In this document: positions 49,019-62,950 of the stretch, piece by piece | How positions within the stretch are numbered: position 1 is the stretch's first letter | How the letters are laid out: each line of letters begins with the position of its first letter | From: Paragordius varius | Taxonomy: Eukaryota > Animalia > Nematomorpha | Assembly (NCBI GenBank): GCA_964247055.1 | Contig: OZ176057.1 | Location: 5,332,001 to 5,396,000, forward strand | Length of the DNA: 64,000 nucleotides | Reading direction: 5' to 3' | Made by a program: the position numbers and the translations under genes | The notes under the pieces: generated by a model | What the model saw: the letters and a program-made list of their open reading frames with translations, nothing else | The model's database searches: none | Told to the model about the DNA's origin: nothing

Positions 49019-52000
49019 ATGAGATACGATCGCTGAGAATATTGCTGAGCAAGATATAACAACACAAAAGCTTATCCTCCAAATTTAATACGGAATCAGG
49101 CTGACATCCGCATCAAATTGAAATTTTTAGTTTGTCACGATTCCTGATATGCATTAAAAAATCTAAAATATTTTCTACTAAACGCATTCTAAAAACCATA
49201 ACTTTTCCTAAACAAAATAAACATGTAATGAACCATTCAGCCCGAAAGAGTAATTTTCTACCTTGAAGCAAATTTTTGAATTAATGTATGTATGAATACC
49301 ACCTAGCATTAGAGAAATTGGAATGAAAATTTGGGAATACTTAAATAAAATGAGCTTATATCGTTAAAGTTAACGTTTAAATATAATTAATAATGTTGTA
49401 TGCTATGCAAATATTTTTTGTCTCTAATAAAAATTAGGCTATTATATTTTTATAATATGGATATTAAAAATTTATTAAGGCTTAATATATCCTTGTTTAT
49501 TATACCAGTGAGTATAAAAATTAAAGGTTTAATAAATTTAACTTATGGTTCTAATTTTATAAAATATATTTTACTCATTTAGGGTTTTGCTCAATATATT
49601 ATCCAGTTTTAAAATAACTCTTATATATATATATATATATATATATAAAGATTACTTGACAAACCAAATCCTTCCATTTTATTTAAAAATATTTTATATA
49701 TATTTAGAGTATTAATTCCGATATTTACAATCATTTTTGATATAATCTATTATAAATATTTGGAATTAAATTTTATAATGAACACTTTATTGCTTACAAG
49801 TCATCTTTTTACTCTTAAACAAACAATCCCTCACCACTCGGCAGATTGATTGCCCTCTACTATTTCATTATTCCAAAAATAAATTATTTATTAGGATTTT
49901 TTAAAAAAAATAGTATATTTTAAACATGTTTTTATTTAAAATCCTAAATGGTTTTGTTGGGAATCATATCCTGGTTTGATAAAAATATTTTTTGGATATA
50001 TGCGATGTAAATTAAATTTAAAATATTTAAAACAACAGATTTAGCAACTATCGAATGTTCATTATCCTCTTAAAATTAGGTAAAAAACGAAGTCGGCTTG
50101 CTTCGCAGCCGGACTTCTTTAAAAAAAATGAATCAACTCTTATCCCTAACCTAACCCTAACCCAAAATCGAGAGCCTTAAAGTTTTTCCATATAAAATTA
50201 AGTTTCTATGAAACATGTTTGACGGCCAAAACATATAAAATAATCCTACACATACATAAATGATAATATTAATTTATTGATATTTTTTTCTTACCAGATT
50301 TAACTTAGAGTAATGGACAATTGTCAGGCATATATTTAATACTAGTTCCTCAAAAAAAATATTTTTAATGATTTTAACTTAAACTGCCATTAATATAGAA
50401 TCAAAAAAGAAATAATTTTAATTTAGGTATTTTTATAAATAAATACTTATTTTCAAATATAGGCGGTCTAGTTTGGACAAAACATACTATTTTTAAGAAT
50501 AATTAATTTCTAAATTAAAAAAATATAAGGTTGAATAAGTTTTTATAATTTGATGATAAAATCAATATGGATAATTAGCAGATTACATGCCAATAATTTT
50601 TAGGCTACCACAAAATTTTCATTAAAGTATTTAAAAATCATATAGGTGTGCCTAAACAATATGATTTATATTAAGGATTTGGATGAAAATTATATGTAAA
50701 CATGGTATATAATGTTTTTTAAGTCCTAATATCTAATAAATGTTTTGTCCAATGTTTTTTTACTAATACTAGCTCTGATCAATAATTAATTTCTAAAAAA
50801 ATTCAACATTTTTTACCTATCTCTGTATTATTAATAAATTATAATTGGAATCTTATATTTAAGTATAAAACTATTCATAAATATAAGGTATAAGTAGTAA
50901 GAAAATGCGTGGGTCTCGGCCTACTTCGCAGCCCGAGGAAGTCCTGCGGACTTCTTCAAGAAAATGAACCAACTCCAATCCCTCACCCTAACCCTAGCCC
51001 ACAAAGTCGAAACCTTACAGTATCATAGTATAAACTAGAGATTGAAATAATTTACATTTTTTACCATATAACCACATATTTTTTTCCAAACTGTAGTAAA
51101 GGATATAAATGCCAACTTTTTTTAAAAGATTTCAATTCAGCTTATGAATAAGAGGAACTAATTATTAAAAAAATTTAGGGATTTTATGATCTTTTTATTC
51201 AACATTAATATCATGTTTTAATTTGTTCAAGTTATTGTCGTGTGGTTATATATAATTATTTAATGAAGAAACTCTTTTGATTTATTTTTTAAAAGATTTG
51301 TTAATTTTTAAATTAAACTGTTTATTAATGCTTAATCAGGAAGACATTATGAATGATGGAGAATTATATTACAGGCCTAGAAGGTTTCGCGAAAATTTTA
51401 ATAATCCATTAAATTTTAAATAAAAATTAAGATCCATTTCACAATTGAGAATGTTACATTTCTAAAGTAAATAAATGTTATGATAGCAACTTGATATTAT
51501 GTATTGGTATTAAATGTAGTTTTAATAAAGGTAACTCTTAAATGACAAAGTTTCGGCCTTCAATTCAACTGAATCCAAACTTCTTACTTTAACCCTTATC
51601 CCCACAGTACACAACTTGTTGTCAATCTTATTTACCATTTTATTAGTTGAGTTAAAACAGAATAATACCTTATATATGATTGATTGATTCCCATTTTAAA
51701 ATCAATATATAGTAGAATTAAGAGAGAATTATTATATTAAGGTAATTATCGTAAGTACACTTTGAATATTGTTTACCCAAATATAATTATCTGAGATAAT
51801 TGATCTAATTATTTTGGATGGAAACTCAAAAAAACGCAATTCAGAGCTCTTTGTTGTTGAAAGCTTATTATTATATGATTGAAAGGTTATTTGATTTTTA
51901 TATTAATTTTAAAAGGATGCAGAAAGCATTTGAAAAAAAAAATCAATATAAATAATTATAAATCTTTTAGGCAATAATCTATAAATTTCTTGTAAACATT

Positions 52001-52389
52001 CTTTTTTTAAAAAAAAAGCTTATACAATCACTAAATTATATACCAATCTTTAATCCTATTACACAGGTTAAAACTTAAATACCTCTATAAAAAATTATTT
52101 TTTTTAATATTAAAACATATTAGATTAATTAATTAATAAATTTTGGTAATAGCCATTTGTGTAATCAAACATTTAAGTAAGAAAATAATTTCAAATTTCT
52201 CATTTATTATTACTAATAAAGATTGTTAAAATATTATTGCCATATTTTTTTAACATATTTTTCTCCGAATTTTATTTACATTTCTTTACAGGCGCCAGCC
52301 AATTATAACATTAATGTAATAATAAAGAATTTATTTTTAGATATGATTGATGAATCATATATAATAATATGTTTTATTTGAATGTGCAG

Positions 52390-52610
52390 ATGGGGGGGGG
52401 GAATAATAATAATAGGCGCCCAAACAATGTTGCGTAACGAAAGAAAGGGAGGGAATAAATAATAATAATAATAATAATAAGAGAGGGAAACGAAAGATAT
52501 GTGAAACATTTTTCCAGAAGGGGGGAGAAAAAGGCGCAAATGCGCACATTAATTTGATTGGCTAAAAAGATAACATACACATTTGGCCCTATATAAAGGG
52601 CGAAAAATTT
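52390..52610 (+). promoter_or_regulatory. Putative Pol II promoter with reverse CCAAT (ATTGG ~52557) and TATATAAA (52590-52597)
   Basis: TTTGATTGGCT..GCCCTATATAAAGGGCG; shares conserved blocks with 8820-9020. Confidence 0.68.
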
Positions 52611-53989
52611 ACTTTTTTCATTTATTTAATTTTTTTTTTGCCTTGCACATTTTTTGAGATGGATGGATAGATTGGGTCCATATGCAATTTCCCTTTCCAT
52701 GTCTTGATCTGTCCGGCTATACAATGTATGTGCCATTACTATATAAAAGGTAAATTGTTTTTATTTAATCATTAGAATACCATTGTTAATTGAAAAAAAA
52801 GGAAACTGCCCAACAAATCCTAAAAACAATCGAACACAATATAACGACAAAGTATTAACAAGGTTGATATTATACGACTGTAATGGGAAAATACGTTCTA
52901 ATACAATTCTGATCAAACAATATATGTAAGTTTTGCATGTTTTATGTAATACAGTATAATTACAAATGTTTTGCTGGGTTTGCATTAAAATATTGTGAGT
53001 TATATTTTATAGTAAAGAACATTTATTGACTTTAACAAGAATCTTTTCTTGCTTTAGCCATTACTTTAATTTACTTGTCTATTCTATCTGGCAAATTTTA
53101 CAAACCTAATAATATTTTATTAATTATACTGTAATTTTCCATTTTTTTAAAAAACTAAATAAAAGTCTAATTATGGTACTATATTGCTAACAAGTCGTTT
53201 TCTTGATCTTTTAATTTTTTTTTCATTTGATTAAAGAAGATATAGAAAGTGAAATGTTATAATTATTTAGATGCTTGCTTGTTTTGAAATCTAAAATATC
53301 CATGCAATTTAAAATAATTTTACATAAATTATAGCACTTGATAACATATTTTTGTATTTTTCTTTCTCTAAAATCTTGTAAAAAAATTTTGATAAGGGAG
53401 AGGAAGTGCTAACATATAAAGGTTACCTTATGTTTTTATTTTGGTGCATGCTTGTCCTATAAATTTAATTTTTTAACAAATGAATTCATATTCTATGGCT
53501 TATATGGGCATTAACTAAATTTTATTAGATTTTAAAAATGATCCTGTAAAAACCACTATTTTGTTATCATTTTTTTAGGAAATTGCCGAAATTCCGGAAA
53601 ATTTTTTTCAGAAAATTTGTTTAATTTAATCAATTTTCCTTAAAATTTATAAAAACTTGTATATAAATTTCTCGCGGCAGCCTCAATATTTTGGAGAGCA
53701 GCGTGCTGGTTACCCCTCCTCTAAAAAATTCCTAGTATTTAAATTATGTACAACAAAGTGGTTTCTCTGGGTTTTCTGGCTTTTATTCATTGATATAACG
53801 CCTTCTTTTCGTGTCTTTTATTTTTTTCATGCATAAAATAATGTCTTAAGCTGGTTCAAAAAGTAATACAAATGGTTTTAAAGTTTAATAAAAACAGTAA
53901 ATTATTTGAAATTGCTTTTAAAAAAAGTGAGAAATTATTTAAAAATTAATTAGAAGTTATAAAATTTGCTTAAAGGTTGTTAAAATTTG

Positions 53990-56690
53990 CTAAAAATCGG
54001 TTAAAGTTACCTTATAATGGCGAAAAATCGGTTAAAGTTCTCTTAAAATTTGCCAAAAATCGGTTAAAATTTTCTAAAAATTTGTTAAAATCGCTTAAAA
54101 TTTGTTAAAAACGGTTAAAGTTTTCTTAAAATTTGTTAAAAATTTTTTTAAAAATCGCTTAAAGTTTTCTTAAAATATGTTAAAAATCGGTTAAAATTTG
54201 CTAAAAATCGGTTAAAATTTTCTAAAAATTTGTTAAAAATCGGTTAAAGTTTTCTTAAAATATGTTAAAAATCGGTTAAAGTTTTGTAAAAATCTGTTAA
54301 AAATCGGTTAAAGTTTTCTTAAAATATGTTAAAAATCGGTTAAAGTTTTGTAAAAATACGTTAAAAATCGGTTAAAGTTTTGAAAAAATATGTTAAAAAT
54401 CGGTTAAATTTTTTTTAAAATTTGTTAAAAATCGGTTAAAATTTGCCAAAAATCGGTTAAAAATTTCTAAAAATTTGTTAAAATCGGTTAAAAATCGGTT
54501 AAAATTTTCTTAAAATATGTTAAAAATCCTTTAAAGTTTTCTTAAAATTTGTTAAAAATCGGTTAAAATTTTCTAAAGATATGTTAAAAATCGGTTAAAG
54601 TTTTCTTGTAATTTTTTATAAATCGGTTAAAGTTTTCTTAAAATATGTTATAAATCGGTTAAAATTTTCTAAAAATTTGTTAAAAATTGCTTAAAGTTTT
54701 TTTAAAATATGTTAAAAATCGGTTAAAATTTGCCAAAAATCGGTTAAAATTTTCTAAAAATTTATTAAAAATCGGTTAAAGTTTTGTTAAATTTTGTTAA
54801 AAATCGGTTAAAGTTTTCTTAAAATATGTTAAAAATCCTTTAAAGTTTTCTTAAAATTTGTTAAAAATCGGTTAAAATTTTCTAAAGATAAGTTAAAAAT
54901 CGGTTAAAGTTTTCTTGTAATTTTTTATAAATCGGTTAAAGTTTTCTTAAAATATGTTATAAATCGGTTAAAATTTTCTAAAAATTTGTTAAAAATTGCT
55001 TAAAGTTTTTTTAAAATATGTTAAAAATCGGTTAAAATTTGCCAAAAATCGGTTAAAATTTTCTAAAAATTTATTAAAAATCGGTTAAAGTTTTGTTAAA
55101 TTTTGTTAAAAATCGGTTAAAGTTTTGTAAAAATATGTTAAAAATCGGTTAAAGTTTTGTAAAAATATGTTAAAAATCGGTTAAAGTTTTCTTAAAATTT
55201 GTTAAAAATCGGTTAAAGTTTTGTTAAAAATCGGTTAAAGTTTTGTTAAAAATCGGTTAAAATTTGCCAAAAATCGGTTAAAGTTTTGTTAAATTTTGTT
55301 AAAAATCGGTTAAAGTTTTGTAAAAATATGTTAAAAATCGGTTAAAGTTTTGTAAAAATATGTTAAAAATCGGTTAAAGTTTTGTAAAAATATGTTAAAA
55401 ATCGGTTAAAATTTTCTAAAGGTATGTTAAAAATCGGTTAAAGTTTTGTTAAATTTTGTTAAAAATCGGTTAAAGTTTTGTAAAAATATGTTAAAAATCG
55501 GTTAAAGTTTTGTAAAAATATGTTAAAAATCGGTTAAAGTTTTCTTAAAATTTGTTAAAAATCGGTTAAAGTTTTGTTAAAAATCGGTTAAAGTTTTGTT
55601 AAAAATCGGTTAAAATTTGCCAAAAATCGGTTAAAGTTTTGTTAAATTTTGTTAAAAATCGGTTAAAGTTTTGTAAAAATATGTTAAAAAACGGTTAAAG
55701 TTTTGTAAAAATCTGTTAAAAATCGGTTAAAGTTTTCTTAAAATTTGTTAAAAATCGGTTAAAGGTTTCTTAAAATAAGCGAAAAATCGGTTAAAATTTG
55801 CTAAAAATCGGTTAAAATTTGCTAAAAATCGGTTAAAATTTTCCAAAAATCGGTTAAAGTTTTCTTAAAATTTGTTAAAAATCGGTTAAAGTTTTGTAAA
55901 AATCTGTTAAAAATCGGTTAAAATTTTCTTAAAATTTGTTAAAAATCGCTTAAAGTTTTCTTAAAAATTTGTTAAAAATCGGTTAAAATTTGCCAAAAAT
56001 CGGTTAAAGTTTTGTTAAATTTTGTTAAAAATCGGTTAAAGTTTTGTAAAAATATGTTAAAAATCGGTTAAAGTTTTGTAAAAATCTGTTAAAAATCGGT
56101 TAAAGTTTTCTTAAAATTTGTTAAAAATCGGTTAAAGGTTTCTTAAAATAAGCGAAAAATCGGTTAAAATTTGCTAAAAATCGGTTAAAATTTGCTAAAA
56201 ATCGGTTAAAATTTTCCAAAAATCGGTTAAAGTTTTCTTAAAATTTGTTAAAAATCGGTTAAAGTTTTGTAAAAATCTGTTAAAAATCGGTTAAAATTTT
56301 CTTAAAATTTGTTAAAAATCGCTTAAAGTTTTCTTAAAAATTTGTTAAAAATCGGTTAAAATTTGCCAAAAATCGGTTAAAATTTGCTAAAAATCGGTTA
56401 AAATTTGCTAAAAATCGGTTAAAATTTGCTAAAAATCGGTTAAAATTTGCTAAAAATCGGTTAAAATTTGCTAAAAATCGGTTAAAATTTGCTAAAAATC
56501 GGTTAAAATTTTCTAAAAATCTGTTAAAATTTTCTAAATATTTGTTAAAAATCGGTTAAAGTTTTCTAAATATTTGTTAAAAATCGCTTAAAATTTGTCA
56601 AAAATCGGTTAAAATTTTCTAAAGATATGTTAAAAATCGGTTAAAATATACTTATAATTTGCTAAAGATCGGTTAAAAATATGCCCATAA
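53990..56690 (+). repeat. Satellite C (AAAAATCGGTTAAA core; ~11/22/33 bp periodicity) with higher-order repeats
   Basis: AAAAATCGGTTAAAGTTTTGTAAAAATATGTT-type units; rare variants recur at ~309 bp (54528/54837) and ~373 bp (55778/56151). Confidence 0.95.
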
Positions 56691-57169
56691 ATCCAAATGT
56701 AGCTAATAATAGTTGCCTAAAAATCGGAAACTTTTTTAAAAAAATGCTTAAATTGTAAATATTAATTCGCTCAATTCGGCAAAATTACTTAAGAAAAATG
56801 TTCGCAAATTGGTTTTTTGGATGATCACACACAAATCATATCATTCATTCTTAAATAGCGTTTTTTTAATTATATTGTATCGTTTATTTTTATCAAATTA
56901 TATATTTTCATTATTTTTTTTAGAATGTGTTGCTTCAATCAATTATTTGCACAAAAACTGAAACGAATCATAAATGAAAAAATTTTGGCTTGATATTTCG
57001 GAATTTGGTAATTTTTTTACAGTTTAATAATTCAAATAAGTAATTTATTATTATAGTTATATTAAACTGTAAAAATTTATTTATATACTTACGATTAGTT
57101 AATAAAACAGTTAAATTTTTTAAAACATTTGTTTTATTTGAGTTGTTTTGATATTTCAGTTTTTTTTAA

Positions 57170-58290
57170 TTTATCAGTTATTTTTATTTAGGAGATATTA
57201 ATTTATCAGTTATTTTATTAAGCAGTTTTTTTAATTAATGTTTTTAATAATAAGCAGTTGTATTAATTAATCAATTGTTATTAGTCAGTTGTTTTTATGA
57301 AGCAGTTGTTTTAATCAGTTGTTTTTATTAATCAGTTGTTTTTATTAATCAGTTGTTTTTATTAAGTTGTTTGTATTAATCAGTTGTTTTTATTAATCAG
57401 TTGTTTTTATTAATCAGTTGTTTTAATTAATCAGTTGTTTTTATTAATCAGTCAGTTGTTTTTACTAATCAGTTGTTTTTACTAATCAGTTGTTTTAATT
57501 AATCAGTTGTTTTAATTAATCAGTTGTTTTAATTAATCAGTTGTTTTAATTAATCAGTTGTTTTAATTAATCAGTTGATTTAATTAATCAGATCAGTTGT
57601 TTTTATTAATCAGTTGTTTTAATTAATCAGTTGTTTTAATTAATCAGTTTTTTTAATTTTTCAGTTTTTTTAATTTTTCAGTTTTTTTAATTAATCAGTT
57701 GTTTTAATTAATCAGTTGATTTAATTTATCAGTTGTTTTTATTTATCAGTTGTTTTTATTAATCAGTTGTTTTAATTAATCAGTTAATCAGTTGTTTTAA
57801 CTGAATCAGTTGTTTTAACTGAATCAGTTGTTTTAATTTATCAGTTGTTTTAATTTATCAGTTGTTTTTATTTATCAGTTGTTTTTATTTATCAGTTGTT
57901 TTTATTAATCAGTTGTTTTAATTAATCAGTTAATCAGTTGTTTTAACTGAATCAGTTGTTTTAACTGAATCAGTTGTTTTAACTGAATCAGTTGTTTTAA
58001 TTTATCAGTTGTTTTAATTTATCAGTTGTTTTAATTAATCAGTTGGTTTAATTAATCAGTTGTTTTTATTAATCAGTTGTTTGTATTAATCAGTTGTTTT
58101 TATTAATGTTTTAGTTTTTCAGTTGTTTTAATTTTTCAATTGTTTAATTTTTCAAATGTTTTAATTAATCAGTTGTTTTAATTAATCAGTTGTTTTAATT
58201 AATCAGTTATTTTAATCAATCAGTTGTTTTAATCAATCAGTTGTTTTAATCAATCAGTTGTTTTTATTAATCAGTTGTTTTTATTAATAA
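57170..58290 (+). repeat. Satellite B array (17-18 bp)
   Basis: (T)TTAATTAATCAGTTGTTT tandem units. Confidence 0.95.
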
Positions 58291-58294
58291 GTTT

Positions 58295-59560
58295 ATCTAA
58301 AAACCGCCAAAACTATCTAAAGAGTCATTTTAAAAACCGAATTTAAAAACCGCTAATATCTAAAGATCGTTTAAACTATTTAAAATCCTTTAAAACTTTT
58401 AAAAAGTCTATATATTTAAAAACCGCTTAAACTCTTCCTAAAACCGCTAAAACAACCTAAAAATGGGTAAAATTTTTAAAATATCGCTAAAATTCATTTT
58501 AACTCAAAATAATGCCTTTGAAATTCTCTAAAAACCGCTAAAATTATCTAAAAAACCTTTAAAACTTTCTAAAAACAGCTAAAACTTCCTAATAACAGCT
58601 AAAACCTTTCTAAAAACCGTTAATACTATCTAAAAAGTCTATTTATCTAAATATATTCTAAAAACCGGGGTTAAACAATTTGAAAACCGCTAAAACTATC
58701 CAAAAACAGCTAAAACTATCCAAAAACAGCTAAAACTATCCAAAAACAGCTAAAACTTAAAACCGCTAAAATTATTTAAAAACCTTTAAAACTTACTAAA
58801 AACCGTTAAAACTTCCTAATAAAGCTAAAACCTTTTAAAAACCGTTAAAACTATCTAAAAAGTCTATTTTTCTAAATATATTCTAAAAACCGGGTTTAAA
58901 CAATTTGAAAACCGCTAAAATTATCTAAAAACCTTTAAAACTTCCTAAAAACAGCTAAAATATTCTAAAAACCAAAACTTTCTAAAAACCGCTAAAATTA
59001 TCTAAAAAACCTTTAAAACTTTCTAAAACCTCTAAAACTTCCTAAAAACAGCTAAAATTTTATAAAAACCACTAAAACTTTCTAAAAACCGCTATTCCTA
59101 AAAACAGCTAAAACCTTTTAAAAACCGTTAAAACTATCTAAAAAGTCTATTTTTCTAAATATATTCTAAAAACCGGGTTTAAACAATTTGAAAACCGCTA
59201 AAATTATCTAAAAACCTTTAAAACTTCCTAAAAACAGCTAAAATATTCTAAAAACCAAAACTTTCTAAAAACCGCTAAAATTATCTAAAAAACCTTTAAA
59301 ACTTTCTAAAACCTCTAAAATTTCCTAAAAACAGCTAAAATTTTATAAAAACCACTAAAACTTTCTAAAAACCGCTATTCCTAAAAACAGCTAAAATTTT
59401 ATAAAAACCGCTAAAATTATATAAAAACCACTAAAACCTTCTGAAAACCTCTAAAACTTTCTAAAAACCGCTAAAACTCTCTAAAAAGCTTAAAATTGTT
59501 TAAAAAGCGTAAATATTATTTTTAAATCAAAAATGCGCTGAAATTCTTCAAAAACGGCAA
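58295..59560 (+). repeat. Satellite A array (AAACCGCT/AAACAGCT) with ~283 bp higher-order repeat
   Basis: AAAAACCGGGTTTAAACAATTTG recurs at ~58891 and ~59174. Confidence 0.9.
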
Positions 59561-60821
59561 ATCTTTAAAACCCAAAATTGTTTTTCTGCAAACATATGCC
59601 ATCTTTTTTATATAAATTTGATTATTTTAACCAATTAGCCATTTTAAATAGCGTTTTTATATTATTAATCTTAATATATTGTAACATAATATTTTTTTTG
59701 TTTAGAATGTGATGTCTTACAGAAGTACGAAGGATTTCCTTGGCCTACTGACCAACAAAACTGATGTAGAAAATACCGGAAATGTTTCGGAATTGGGTAA
59801 TTATTATTTTATATTTTGTTCATCAGTTTTGAATTATTTAAGTATTTTAGTTAATAATTGTTTTGTTTTATAAATTCTGTATAAATCATTATTATCATAA
59901 TCAACTTTTTTTATGTAATTAGCATTTATCATCTGTTTATTAGTTGTTTTAATTAATCAATTGTTTTTAGTTTTAAAATTGGCTAGCTTGAGATATTCTA
60001 AAGATATTTTTTTTAAAAAGAATATGTAGAGTATATAGAATATAAATTTATAATTATCTATCGTTTGTAAATTTTTTTTATTTATTATTGTAACGTAATA
60101 TTTAATCATCAATTATTACATTTTTCTTTAATTTACTGTAGAATGTGTTGTTTATGTAATCAGCAGCCCGAAACGTAAACGAGGTCTATTGAAAAAGCGT
60201 AATTGAATATTATGGATGAACTTGGTAATTAATTATATATAGATTAAATTTTAGAACAGATTTTATTACTAGTTTTTCAACTTTACATTTTTTTCTTAAA
60301 TTAAATAATTTTTTTATTAAAATTGATGAGTCGATTTTAATGCTCTTTAATTAAAGAAAATAATTGATTTAATTAATCATTTTTTTAATAAATTAACTAT
60401 TTATAATAAACTTTTGATTTAAAACAAATTAGTTATTTTTATTAAGATAAATATAATATTGTTCCTTTAATTTTTACCGCAAAATAACAAAATATCACTT
60501 TTTTAACATACTTCATGATTTTGTTAAATAACCATTTTTCTTGATCAGCTGTTTTTTGAATTTGATAGTTATAATTATTAAATAGTTTCAGTATATTTAT
60601 TTTTTTAAATGAATATTAGTATTTGACTTTATATTTTATTTTATTTTTAGGAAACAATATAGTATCCACTTTATTGCTGCCATACCAATTAAACTATTTA
60701 CGTATATATTTTTAGTTACTTTTTACGTTATTAATAACCAATTGTCTAAATATTTTTTATTTTTTCCTTATTATTCAGAATCAGTTGTTTTAATTAATCA
60801 GGTTTAAAGCACTTTAAGGGC

Positions 60822-60931
60822 TTCGAGTTTGTGGGCTAGGGTTAGGGTGAGGGATTGGAGTTGGTTCCTTTTCTTAAAGAAGTCCGCAGGACTTGCTCGG
60901 TCTGCGAAGCAGGCCGAGACCCACGCGTTTC
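60822..60931 (-). repeat. Inverted full-length hairpin/G4 element
   Basis: Reverse complement of the 5307 element; partial copies at ~61145 and ~61680. Confidence 0.88.
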
Positions 60932-62317
60932 TTTTTAAATTAAATCTTTGTCTCGGAATTTTTTAGCTTTTGATTTATTTTAAGGAAGGATATTTTTTTT
61001 CCTATTTCTGTTTTTTGTTTAATTTTACACCATTTTATCAAAAGACTTAAACATATCTGAATTTTATTGGTCCGCAAACTTTTTAATGGACAGATCATAT
61101 GCCATTTTTATTGCGTGTGTTTGGTTGATAGAATATTAAAGGATTTCGAGTTTATGGGCTGGGCTTATGGAAATCAAAGCAATTCTTTATTTTTTAATGG
61201 CTTTGTACTAAAATTGCAATACTAAAGCTCATTTTGGGTTTTAATTATGGAAGTAAACTGCTAATTTGTAAAGTAACCGCAAAAATTTATATTTAAAGTA
61301 GAATAGTTAGAAAGCAATTTTTTTCTTTATCGGTTAAAACCTTAATCTGGGCTTTTTTGGAATTGAGCTAATTTTATTACGGGCTTTGAACAATTTTGTT
61401 TGGATATACGATCTAATAATATTTCTTATACATTCACAAACAAAAAACTTGTTTTATTTGACTACAAACTTTTCAATGTTATTTCTGCAGTGTTTGATCA
61501 TATGATTTTGGCTGATCGAAATTAAAGGCTCATTGGTTTTAGTTAATAACTGCTAATTTGTAAAGTAAAACCGCAAAATTTAAATTCGAAAGCGATTTTT
61601 TTCTGCCTTAGGACCCCTTTTCGGGACAATTCAGCTATTTTTTTACGGGGTTTGATTAATCTACGTTGAATATTTTAAGGCGAGTTTGTGGGTTAGGGTT
61701 ATGTGGGGGCTCATTTAGAGTTTTGTTGTCACTTTTATTAATAATTGCCAAATTATAAATAAGCCACAAAATAAATTTTATGTTAATATTATCTAACTTC
61801 GAATCTAATAATATTTTTTTATCATTTTTTATATATCAGAACAGAACAAAGTCACTCAACTATACAAGAAATAAAGCTAATTCAAAAATGAATATGAAAC
61901 TAATGACTTAACTACACAAGGAACAAAACTTACTCACACAAGAATCAATATGAAACAATCACAATAAATAATTTATATAATAAGATTCAATAAATGATGA
62001 TAATGTTTGATATATGTTTTTTAAAAAAAATTAAAAAATATCAATAAATATATATATCCCCCCCCCCCCAAAGGGCGAGAAAAAAAAATTAAAAAATATT
62101 CTAAGTCCAAAATTTTATTTTGAGCGTCCGGGAGTAAGAGTGCTCAAATTAAAATTTTGGACTTAGGGGCTTGCAATAAACTCTCATTATACTTGTGGAG
62201 AGTTTTTGCGCCAACTCTCTAATAGGAGAAATGAGCCCTCCTTCACGCGAGTGGGAAAAAACTCTTTCAAACGAGCTCATTTTCCCCACCCTTGTAAAGG
62301 AGGATTTATTCCTCCCA

Positions 62318-62950
62318 TTAGAGAGTCATTTGGCCCAAAAACTCTCCCCAAGTATAATGAGAGTTTGTTGTGCAATCATCCCCAATGAGATCATTGAGTG
62401 CGTCTTGCCATCCATCAGCTCCAGGCACGATTTGCCTTCTCCCCATCGCTTTGTGTCAGGTATCGTGGACATTCCCAAGAGCTTCATCCCAACAGATCTC
62501 TCCTCCCCAATGTGCCAAAGCCCATCAACACCTAAAAATTAAGATTACCTCGCAATAAGTAGGTTCCTCTTCCTGTGTCGCACCATCAATCGTCCAGTAC
62601 CAAATCCCCAGCATTTGATCTGTCCAGGGCTTCTAGATTCCCAAATGTCCGCTTTTCTCGCGGAGTTTATCCCATTACACCTAAATGATAGATTTACCTC
62701 ATAAAAGATCCCTTCGGTCGTCCCTTCATTCACTCACGAATCCTTGGTTGCTGGTCTTGAATCACGTCCACATCCCTGGTTGCCATTGGAGAAGAAGGCC
62801 TAAAGCCTTCAAATTAGCTCTTCCAACCAGCCTTCCCATATAATTTTTTTTCTGATTGAAATCATAGGCGCTTATATTTCCCAATACATCCATATATGTA
62901 CTCTGGTTTTCCAAATTGCAAATTACATAAACTAACAATTTTATGGACAC
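62318..62950 (-). pseudogene. Unit 3 copy of the TGA-containing, 17-nt-intron frame (one 1-nt deletion near 62717)
   Basis: Introns 62681-62697 and 62532-62548; all four TGA retained. Confidence 0.55.

Larger units (their letters stand above)
52610..60701 (+). pseudogene. Unit 3 copy of the plus-strand multi-exon gene
   Basis: Donor at ~52748; exons 56924-57007, 59706-59795, 60142-60224 and 60651-60701 with GT-AG ends; stop codons or frame breaks in the repeated exons. Confidence 0.55.

Noticed and set aside
57170-58290. Nematode 21U-RNA Ruby motifs (CTGTTTCA)
   Set aside because: The satellite gives CAGTTGTTTT, not the consensus, and no motif-spacer-T architecture is evident.
59706-59770. 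Cys-loop receptor signature (C..FPWPTDQQN*C)
   Set aside because: Cys spacing is 18 rather than 13, with an in-frame stop and no flanking similarity.
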